The translations under genes and the position numbers were made by a program. Positions 53,060-64,000 of a DNA stretch of 64,000 nucleotides are shown piece after piece. The notes beneath the pieces are model-generated. The model was not told where the DNA came from. It did no database searches and worked only from the letters and a program-made list of their open reading frames with translations. The first letter of the stretch is position 1; each line of letters begins with the position of its first letter. This DNA comes from Octopus vulgaris (taxonomy: Eukaryota): the NCBI GenBank assembly GCA_951406725.2, contig OX597825.1, positions 53,072,001 through 53,136,000 on the forward strand, given 5' to 3'.

Positions 53060-53945
53060 TGAACACCAGGGTTGATGTAATCAACTTACCCCTTCCTCGA
53101 AATTTCTGGCCTCGTGTGAAAATTTGAACCCATTATTATCATTATTCGTATTGTTGTTGCTAAGGCAGTGAGCTGGGGGTGACGCTGGGTGAAGTGCTTA
53201 GCGGTATTTCGTCTGCCGTGACGTTCTGAGTTCAAATTCCGTCGAGGTTGACTTTGCCTTTCATACTTTCGGGTTCGATTAAATACCAGTTACGCACTGG
53301 GGTCAATTTAATAAGTACCAGTTACACAATGGGGTCGATATAAGCGACTTAATCCGTTTGTCTGTCCTTGTTTGTCCTCTCTGTGTTTAGCCAATTGTGG
53401 ATAGTAAAGAAATAGGTATTTCGTCTGACTTTATATTCTGAGTTCAAATTCCGCCATGGCCAACTCTGCCTCACATCATTTCGGGATCGATAAAATAAGT
53501 ACGTCTTGAAAGTGGGGTCGATGAAATCAACTTATACTGTGCGCCAAAATTTGGAACAATTATTGTTCTTGTGAAGGCGGTGTGTTGGCAGAACGAATAA
53601 CATGCCTGACAAAAACTTTGGGGCATTCCTCCTGTTTTCAGTTTTCAGTTCCTATTTCCGCCAAGGCAAACTTTGACTTTTATCGTTTCCTATTCTATAA
53701 AATAAGTACCAATTCAACACTGGGGTCGATGTCATCGAATTACCCAACCCTTAAAATTGTATCAAATTATGAAACCATTATTATCATCGCTCTTGTTGAT
53801 TTTGTTGTTGTTGTTGTTGTCCTTGATGCTGTTGCTCAAGCTGTGAGGTGGCAGAACCTCCAACGTCCGGGATAAAATGCTTAGTATTTTTTTCAACATT
53901 TTACGTCTGGCGTTCAAATTCAGTCGAAGTCGATTTTGCCTTTTT
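53060..53945 (+). mobile_element. cluster of four or more head-to-tail SINE copies (33287 family)
   Basis: The 'ttctgagttcaaattcc...gactttgcctttcat...ggggtcgat' block recurs at about 53225, 53437, 53640 and 53905. Confidence 0.8.
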
Positions 53946-54791
53946 ATCTTTATGTATCATTTATATATGTGCGCTTGCATACTGTTGATTTGCATACGAA
54001 TACATACTTACATACATACATACACACAAACATACATATGTGTGTGTAAGTATGCACACACATATACGTGTTGTTTTCATGTATTTCTGTGTAAATATTG
54101 TTCAATGTATATCTGTACATGATATATCATCGTTGCTATGTGCGTGCGATTGACTGGCGTGTGTAACATATATAATTGATGTATGAAGCTATTGCCTGCA
54201 GGCATATTTGAACTTATGCCATTTCTGTAAGTAGTACCATATTTAATCTCTCCTATCTTTAAATATACTTTTTTTGAAATAAAAAGTATTCCAAGAATAG
54301 CACCCACAACAGTATCAACCACTGCAGCACCAACTATAAATAAGAGCAAAATAGAAAGAGTATAAATAACGCGGATTTGAATATTTTGATATCTTTCATT
54401 GGTAATTTTCTTTCATTATTGTATCTATCACTGTTATCAATATGTTATAAATGATGGATTACTTAACCGAACGTCGGTAAATGCATATTGGATATGCATA
54501 GGCATATACATGCGTACATGAATATATACATACATATATATATATATGTGTGTGTGTGTGTTTGTGTTTGTGTGTGTTTGTGTGTACTACACGCACACAT
54601 AAATACTTATATTGTGGGTGTCACAAGAATGATAGTAGAACGCTTATCATGTCTAGAGAAAATGTGGGTTCGTGTGCTACGGCAACCCCCGACATTTTCT
54701 AATTAAAATGGTTTTTCATTCTCATATTCTCGTTCTATTTCTTATAGCTTTACATGGTATTCGAAATCCAGTTCCTGAAAAGTAATTTTAT

Positions 54792-54823
<32 letters not shown>

Positions 54824-56844
54824 ACATATATATATATATATTTATTTATCTATTTATGTATTTATTCATGAATAGATGGATAGATAGGTAGATGCGTGCG
54901 CGTGTGTGTAGATACGCCTATCATTCATATACATTTGTGTATGTACAACTGTATTCATGTGTAAATGCATTTATGTATATGTGTATGTATACAGAAAGAT
55001 AAGCTATAAGTGATCGGATTGTTTCTGTTATCTATTGTAACAAATCCCCGTGGTGAAGTGAATTCTTTAAGCCAAATAATTTAACAGGTATTTTATACAA
55101 TGAAATAAATTCTTGAAGAGCCATTTGCCTTTGATTTTGTGCTTTAACTTTGCTGCTCGGTTTCATATCGTGTTAGATGAGCAGTGGAAACATTTCAAAT
55201 CTGTACATTGGTCATAGCATCACTTTATACCTGTGCTATTTCTTTGGTCAAATCTCATATCTTCAAAATTTTCCACCGCACCAAATGTTTCACTCTTTAC
55301 ATTCTCAGTAGAAACAGCGGCAGAAACAGCAATATTTAGAAATTTTTATATGTACCAATGAGTTCATTTGATCCTGAGAACCCGGGAATCCTAATGCGAA
55401 ACGTCTTGTAGATATTACTCTTGCAGCCAGTATATAGACGAAGAACCTTTTGATGTATCCAGTATCTAGTGGGTTACGGAACATTCTGATATTGACAATT
55501 ACACAATACGACTATGCTACACCTGAAATCACCGCTTCGTGTGTTGCATTCACTTGCTCTGCTCACTTAAACATCGAAGGTTTTTATAGTGCATAATTGA
55601 CTACCGTATTAGTGGTGGTGTTGAAATATTTCATATATCTCACTTGTACATCTGTAAATTCTGGTACGAAATTACAGTTAATATCAGCTTGCAGAGTTTA
55701 AAGATCTGGCAAACTTATATCTTTAAATAGTCTTTGACGAGGTATATTAATATTCATTTGTATCATCGCTTTATATATTAATCTGTTGTCTTCTGTTTAT
55801 TGACTTTTGATGTTTTCACTGTAGGACGTCAAGCAACTCTAACGACAGCAAAATCGACTGAAGTGTTGCGATATGTAATAAGTGAAAACTGCCTGGAAAT
55901 CAGTCGCAGGGCTCATTCCTCTCATTGGGCGATATACTTAAGCCCTCACCCGGTTTAATAAACATCTTTGTTATTTCCTATTTGTAGCGGAATTCTGCCA
56001 GCCTAAAATTAACTCCCGCTTGTCTATATCTTCATATGATCCATTCTCTGACAGCCTGTTTCAGACCACTGCTTAGTTAAAACCTACTACCTGATCTTTT
56101 GGAACCTTCAGTAAAGTCGTCCACTCTATTGCAAACATAGAGGTTAGATCTCCGATCTCAGGATATATATTTACATCCTCCTACTACTATTTTCAGAGAC
56201 ACTTTACTTTGCCTTCTCTGACAATGACATGTAAAATATATTCTTGTTTTAAATGTTTAACCCCAGGTCAGTTTTTTCTGGCATAACTATTACAGAGGTC
56301 GTTAGATCTACGTTCAGACAGTATATAATATTACATTATCCAACGTCTACGTTGAAATGGCAATGCGCATTTAACAGGATGTGGTTGCTATTTTTAGAAA
56401 ATCAAAAAAGATCAGAGAGGCTCCCTTATTTAATTTGAACTACTCTCTGATTTACTAATCGATACATTTTTGTTTATTTACATAATTATAAAAAGTTCAG
56501 TTTGATATTGATCTACGATAGCAATCATGGTTGTTTATAGAATCATTTCTGTCCAAAATATTTCTATCTATATGCAATCAGTTATAAATTGTTAGATAAA
56601 GATGTTAACGGCAGGGTCTAAAATGGGAGGGAAAATATGCCATTCAAATGCCAAACTTCTAATAGGGATGGAATTCGTTTGTGTAAGTTCTTTGTATTTC
56701 ATCTTCAGGCCCATTTACCATTTATTAATGACCTATTTGATGTGCCATTTTCAGAATCCATCCGGAAAGAACACCATAGAAAAAGTTCGGGTTCTGGTCA
56801 CTAGTTATTCCCTGCCATATTAAGATTCTCTATCTTATTGTCAA

Positions 56845-57248
56845 GGTATTAGGGATTTGTTGATAAGTGTCTTCATGAATTGTTTCATAAGGCCAAGGTT
56901 TATGTGAAGAGGGGTAAGAAGACCATTTTCTGGGTTTAAAAGTGGTTTCTTCTGGACTCTAGAAACTCTCGGCTTATATGATTTTCGCAAAGGCTCTCTC
57001 CATATCATAGGTATTGCAAACGGCATTGCTCTCTTCCTCTTATTTAGCCAATCCCTTCGTCCATTTGAACATGCTGAGCAGATGATGTGCAGGGCCCAAC
57101 TCTTATCTTGATCCATGAGAGAGCAGCCAAAGTATAACTGGTAGATCTTATTGATTTGACTTGTGATGGCACATTGCTGAGGTTTGGTGGTAAATGAACC
57201 ACAGACATGACGAAATATATCAGGTCCGTTCTTGCAATGCCTTGACAT
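56845..57248 (-). mobile_element. Chapaev3-like (CMC) DNA transposase remnant with a large internal deletion
   Basis: 'MSRHCKNGPDIFRHVCG...YFGC.L.DQDKSWALHIICSAC...DWLN....MPFAIPMIWREP' (N-terminal Zn finger) joined to 'PLL.PE..LLTPLHINLGLMKQFMKTL'; family assigned from remembered motifs. Confidence 0.75.
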
Positions 57249-58659
57249 CCTAAGTAGAATTTGATGATGATGATGATGACTTGGTACCTTAAACAGAAAG
57301 TAAAATTTATGAAAAGAAAAGATTATGGAAACAAAACTACAAAATGAATACAAATAGTTATAAAACAAAAGTCAGAATTTACCCGTATAAGACGTTTACG
57401 TGTGGCGATACTGCTGATGGGAGTTATATACCTCTCTTATCTCATCAGAAAAACTGTGCCTGATAGAAGGAAACCGATTACATTTTTGAAATCTGCGGAC
57501 AAATCTACATATAAACACCATATAATATCCCTGATGAAAATTGACTGTTGACCAGCCTGATCTTAATGCAGTAATGATGGTTTTGTAATCTATATGCAGG
57601 CATCCTATAGCTTTGGGTTTTACTGTTCCCACTTATCCTAAGAATAAAGAGGACATTTCCAGACGTGTTGTCTCCATCTTTCTCAGTAAGCTCTTAGTTA
57701 TATATATCAACACTACGTTTCTCTGTTAGAAATCTCCGCCAAAAGTTTCGAATATTATCACGTGATAGAAACCTTTAGTCATTAGTTTATGTAAAATTTG
57801 GTGTACTTTTGTTACTGTGAAGTCATATGCAGTACTATTTTGAACGTTTAACTCTACAGCAGTACACTCGCTGTCTACATCAGCCTCTACTTTATTCCAC
57901 TTGTTTTGCTCTTGGTGCTACATAAATAGTTTATTTTTCATAGTTCTTAGTATAAGTGTTAGAGACCAACAGCAAATTTTGATCAAAAAGGCATTTTGAC
58001 TTTTCGTATTAATATATTGTTTTTGCTACTTTGCTAAGCCTTTTAAATTCAACCGTTTTTTTTTGTTTCGAATATATTTATATAATATTTGTTGCATCTT
58101 TCATTTTTCTCATATCTCGTTTTGAAATTGATTTGATTAATGAATGAGGTATTTCCAGTTACGTTTCCATATTTTCAGTATATTTATTTTCCTTGGCATT
58201 TCTGTTTATAATTTTCAAATAAGTTGACCTGAGGGGACACTCAGTTTCCTTTGAAATAAATTATAACTACTGCATGAGTTACTTCGTTTAACCAAGTGAT
58301 ATTTATGCTCGGGCCTGTTTTCAATAATCTGTAATGTCAAGGTTGGTGCTATTTTTACTGTAATCTTTTTATCTCTACATGTTTTTCTTATGACATACAT
58401 TTATTAGTCCATCGAAATATTTTCTGTTGATATCATTCAAATATTTTGTCTTTAAAAGTTCTTAATCCTACATTTGTCTCGTGTTCAGTTTTGGTGCTCA
58501 GAGCTTCGTAGATGAGCTCAGGTTTAACATTGTTGTGCTTTGTTATGTATATTGTTTATCTTTTCTGCCTAAGACATCACGGTAGTCTCAATACTAATGT
58601 TTACTTTTATGTTTTCCCGTTGTTTGCTCGTTGATTGAATCTTAGATTACTACCACCAT

Positions 58660-58709
<50 letters not shown>

Positions 58710-58722
58710 GGATTATTATTAT

Positions 58723-60960
58723 TGCATGCTATATCACTTAGCAGGGATTTTGATTTTATGTTAGGTATCAAGTTTCTTCAAATCTCAAGAATCTTTCCAG
58801 GATTCTTGCAGAATGATGGATTGTATTTTTCTGCAGGACGACAATGCGGGTCTCAATACCAACATTATTCATGTCTTTGATAGTAGTTTGGATATTTTGC
58901 CAAGAGTTCCGATTATGTTAGGAATAATTGTTGTCGTATTCGTCCATAATCATTTTATCTCTCAGGCTTGGTCTTAACGTATCTCAATTTTTTCAATTTC
59001 TTTAGTACCCAGTCGGTTATCATATGGCAATGTAAACTCTATGCTCGTGTATTGTTTGTTTACCTTGTTCTCTATAATCATATCTGTCCTCTATAATCAT
59101 CTTTTTTGCTTTTTTGCCCAGTGTTTATGGGGAAATCCCATAAAATCCAGTATTTCGTATTCTCTGTGACATCTTCTTGTTCGTCTTACCGCTTTTCCGC
59201 TATTTCGAAGCCACGCACTCGATTTTCATCTCAATGCACTCTCTTTCCTACATTGTCATCCCTGCGCTTATTCTTTTTTTATGCTGGCTTATTCCATTCT
59301 CTCAAGTGATGTTTAATACTTTCGTCTCGTTTCCTGCATATCTTGTGTTCGCTTTCTGACTGTCGTATTTTGTCAGTCTTGGCCATTATCTGTTTTGTCC
59401 TCATGGCTTACTCTCGAGCAGTTATAATTAACACTTCAGTTTCTCGTTTCAGGTTTCATACCAGCGGCCACAGACGTGGTTCTTTACTTCTAAATTCCTC
59501 AGTTTGTTGCATGAATTGTCTTGTAATTTATTTATTTCCAAATACTGTTTCGCCTTCCTCTTGAATTCCCCAATCGCTTCATGAAATTTGGTATTTCTAT
59601 CCGCATTACTACGCACAACATTCATTTCCAACCCCAATATAATTGTACTAGCAGTGGCTTCTGCATTCAATGATCCTCTGTAGCTTTCCATTCTTCGTAG
59701 GTAGACTTTGTCGGCATAAGTTTTAGGATGTCGTGCGCTGTTCACGACATTTATTGTATTTCCGAACATGCTGTTAATCTTCTCATTGTGTCTGAGAATT
59801 ATCAGGTGCTCAAAGAGTGAGCAGTGTGGAACATATTTGTAAGCCTTGTTTTTCTATCCAACAGCTAAATTTATCTTTTTACACGTACCTCTTCGGGTAT
59901 CTTACTATCAAAATGCAGTAGATCAATTCTCTTTGACTTATTCTTGCATATTTCTATCATAATCGAAATGATCTGACCTGTAACAGTGAGCAGACATTAA
60001 GTCTTTAATTACTGACTTATTTTTCCTTTACCCTTCAACGTCAGCACTCTTTCATTTTGTTCTATACATTGGTGTTTCATTTTCTCTTCAGTTAGTAAAA
60101 AATGGCTGTATATGGCCGTGTATACTTCGGAGATTTTCGAACCAGAATCCCTGAAGTATCTGTTCTGGGTGCTTTCCCATTTGTTAATAATCTTAATAAT
60201 CGCTTTCACTTTGTTATCCGCAAGAGTTATGTACTATTTCCATTTTAAATTCCAACAACGACTCTGCATTTATATCATGTTGAACTTGCTTGTTCAAGAT
60301 ATCTGACAGAAGGTTCCTTGTTTCTTCGGTATCAGGCATAGCGTTCCCATGGAGTTTCTCTTCATTATTCAGCTGTTGCTAAGATTTCGTTTCGTTGTTT
60401 CTGAAGAACCTCCCCTGACGTGACTGTTTCGTTGTCTGTTGGTATCTGTTTTTTGTTTGGTTATCTGGCACTGCTTGGACCTTTTCTCTAGTCTCTTCCT
60501 TAAATTACTTATAATCGTTAATGACTAATGCTGTACTTTGCGACCATAATATTAGATAATTTTATGTCTTTCCCTCATCATTTTCTTTCTCATAGTAGCA
60601 TTTACCCGTGCAAAAGCTCTATTGTGCTCTTCAATTAGTTCTTAAATTTTCGTTCCCATCAGGGGATTTCGTCGCTTGTTTTTCTTTGAAGAATTTCCAC
60701 AGCAATAGACGTTTCGCAGTATAAGTGATTGCTTAGTCTCTTAGATTTACAACCCAGATTTTCGTTAGCAACTCGCCTGCTTTCTTCATTACTTTACGCA
60801 TATTTAATTTTCTCTTCCGATTCCTCTCAAGTCTGTTAGTTTTTCATCTTCACCTATTCCTGCCTCATTTAGGCGTTGGGGGTAGACTCCTCTCTTCCTC
60901 TCTAGCATTATTTTCTTCTATAAAGTAAAATTTGTCGTCATTTTGGTTGTTATTCCTTTC
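58723..60960 (-). mobile_element. R4/Dong-like non-LTR retrotransposon, heavily degraded, RT core deleted
   Basis: 'KAPRTD..QGFWF', 'AYKYV', 'RHPKTYADKVYLRR', RLE 'DMIIENK.....IEFTLPYDNRL..KEIEKIE'; flanked by (TAC/TTA)n and (TTC)(TTA)n tracts. Confidence 0.75.
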
Positions 60961-60989
60961 CTGAGAATTCATTATTGTTACTGTTGCTG

Positions 60990-61043
60990 GTGTTCTTTTT
61001 CTTCTTTTTCTTCTTCTTCTTCTTCTTCTTCTTCTTCTTCTTC

Positions 61044-61102
<59 letters not shown>
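60990..61102. repeat. (TTC)n-(TTA)n microsatellite
   Basis: Directly visible. Confidence 0.95.
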
Positions 61103-61103
<1 letters not shown>

Positions 61104-61550
61104 GCGGTTGGTATTTCTGATCGAAGTAGATTTATTATTAATATTATGCAGTGTCGTTTCATTTCTTTAATGTAAATATCCCAGTTTGATGCTGTGACCT
61201 TTCGTAGCTGAGAAATATTTCCATCAAAGAAAACTTCTTTCAATCAGCCATGACAAAAATAGTGTAAATGTTACTTGCTGTTTCTATCGTTCAATAAATA
61301 ATTCTTAATTCGTTATTTTTTAAATATTTATCTGCAGACTGTCTGGCAGGTATGAACATTTTTTATTGCTAAATTATAGATAAATAAATACGATATAAAC
61401 AAACACAATTATAAATGTACGTACGTACGTATGTATGTATGTATGTATGTATATATATTTGTAACCTCTATCAGTCAATTACAAATGAAATAAGGTTATA
61501 TGCACTTATGCATGTGTGCGTCTATGTGTGCATGTTTGCGTGTGTGTGTG

Positions 61551-61584
<34 letters not shown>

Positions 61585-63554
61585 TGTATGTATGTATGTA
61601 TGTATGTATGTATGTATGTATGTATTAGCTTCACTGCTCTGTTGTTGAATAGCTTGAATAGAAACTGCATATCCACCGGGCAAACACTATTATTTTCCTC
61701 CAAAGAGAATGAATTTTGAATACGGGACTTCGATTCTGTTCATTTATCTACCTCGTATATTAAAATCAAGGATTCAGTTATATAATTTGGATGGATACAC
61801 CAACCAAATTACATAATGACAAATTCTAAATATATTTTTAGTTAGATTATCTCAAGTAGTTTTAAAACATAATTTCGTTTAGAGTGGATGGTACTTTGTA
61901 TAAAATATATTTTAGTTAATGCTGTTGGGTAGTTCCATTTCTATACTTCTTATTTGCCCATGTTACTGCTGGAATGAAATCATTCCCTGAGTTACTTTGA
62001 AATATAACTACCATTTATTACATCGTCTCTCCACTACTGCCTAAGTATCAAAGCTATAAAAACAAACGCATCTACGTCCACTGTGTTTGCGGCATTCTAT
62101 ATGTTTTCTAATTTAGCTTATTTTTCTTCTTGAAGTTTCCTGAAGTAAAATAAATTCATTTTAAGATTGTTAAAATTTATGACATTAATATACTTTTCTG
62201 TTTCGTGGATTTCTCTTCTAGCTTTTTTCCCAACATCTTTTACAAGATGAAATACATTCAAAGTTAATGTGATGTATTTCTTGTTTTGAAAGCGGTTTTT
62301 CGTTTTTTGACAGCAGAGAATCACATCAGCTTGAACGCCTATTTTTATATACATATAACTCTTAATACAATTTTAACAGGATTAGTCACACACACACGTA
62401 TGCATGTATGTATGTATGTATGTATGTATGTATGTATGTATGTATGTATGTATGCGTGTATTGTGTATTTGTATACATATGTGCATGAATGTGTTTTTGG
62501 GTGTCTGTTCGGGAAGATGGTGACTCAGTCATTTCTCAGAGATTTATCGATGCAAAAGTAGGTGTCTAATCGATCAGATATTCGCTATGATTGACACTAT
62601 ACTCGACTTGCATGCAGTTAAGACTCTACATGAAGTAGACATCTGACCAATTTGGCAATTATATGTTCATGATACTGTGCTTGATGATCATTCTTATCAC
62701 TATGTGATAACCTAGAATTACAAACTCTCCGTAAAGTACTGAGTCCGATCATCTTTTCACTTTTACACACAGACACACACACACACACACAAGCACACAC
62801 ACACAGACACACACAAGCACACATGCACGCACAAGCCAAACAAACACTCGCGCGGGCACACAAACATATTATACGCGCGCGCAGGCGTGTATTCATAGGT
62901 TACATATAAAGAATACCATAATACCATCCGAAAGCACTCAACCAGTTGTAGATGCTGAATCGATGTTTGTTTTATAAACTGGCGGATGTTTTACAATTGT
63001 ACCTTGTCTGTGATATATTTTCGTATTTTTTGAAGCCTACTTTAGATATAATTTTGTAATTGGTGTGAGTATACGAAACAAGCGACAAGTAGTTAAATAA
63101 ATAGATGTGACTACATAGAGAGCCTGATATACAGAAATATTTACAGTTTAATATATATTTTATAGTTCGTGTACTGTACATTATACTGGTACAAGGGGTT
63201 ACTTTTGAATTTATAGTTTTTCTCTTTTATATCATGACGATGCCGCTTTTTAACACCACTACGAAGATGCACCTGTATTTCTCGATTGACTTGTAGTGAC
63301 GGTTAAACCTCGTTATACGAACTTGAAGCTGAGTTTATTACGTAAGGAGTTCCTCGATATGTCATGTCTGAGTGAACGGAATGAATAATGTCGATCAATT
63401 TTCTGTTGAATACCAACTAATATAAGACTAAACAGTATGAACATTTGACCTCGATATTCGACCTCATATCGACACCTCGATACTTCATGTCTAAATTTGA
63501 ATTGTGTGTTATGTACAAATATTGTCTATTGAAATCTTTAACATTAAATTTGTA

Positions 63555-63726
63555 CAGTTCTATATTTGAGAGATGAGGAATTATGTACATTATTTACATT
63601 TGACGGACATTTGTCCTCATCTTGTTTGTTGTTAACACAATGTTTCAGTTGATATACCCTCCATACTTCATGAGGTGACTTGGGGAAATTTCGAACCTGG
63701 GTTCTCATTCCTAAGGTATTTTTCGA

Positions 63727-63757
<31 letters not shown>

Positions 63758-63802
63758 GTTATTATTATTATTATTCAGGTCACTGCCTGGAATCGAACTT
63801 GG
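63555..63802 (-). mobile_element. short copy of the PLE 3' module (partial tRNA head, (AAT)n, decayed hammerhead)
   Basis: Reverse complement aligns with 5073-5276 and ends at the same terminus; the hammerhead core is mutated (CTCATGA; GAAACATT). Confidence 0.88.
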
Positions 63803-63807
63803 TTCGA

Positions 63808-64000
<193 letters not shown>

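Overview
AT-rich, microsatellite-dense eukaryotic DNA, intergenic or deep-intronic. The repeat complement (tRNA-derived SINEs with internal (TA)/(TG) tracts, R4/Dong-like LINEs, Penelope-like elements) looks like an Octopus/coleoid genome; this is inference and was not verified. I recognise no intact host protein-coding gene, and almost all listed ORFs are translated microsatellites or transposon debris. Identifiable elements are two Penelope-like (GIY-YIG) retroelement families, three R4/Dong-like RLE LINE fragments next to (TAA)n-rich tracts, two CR1-like LINE fragments and a Gypsy/Mag-like LTR remnant. DNA transposon material comprises three Tc1/mariner remnants, a Chapaev3-like transposase remnant, two near-identical non-autonomous Helitrons and a 219-bp palindromic MITE; there are also many SINEs. 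The most interesting structure is the 3' (pseudo-LTR) region of one Penelope family. It carries a tRNA-derived Pol III-type head, an (AAT)n spacer and a minimal hammerhead ribozyme motif. This module occurs three times in the window, once without the endonuclease. A second, unrelated hammerhead-like motif lies at about 38.69 kb. All alignments, translations and folds were done by eye, and element boundaries are approximate unless stated.
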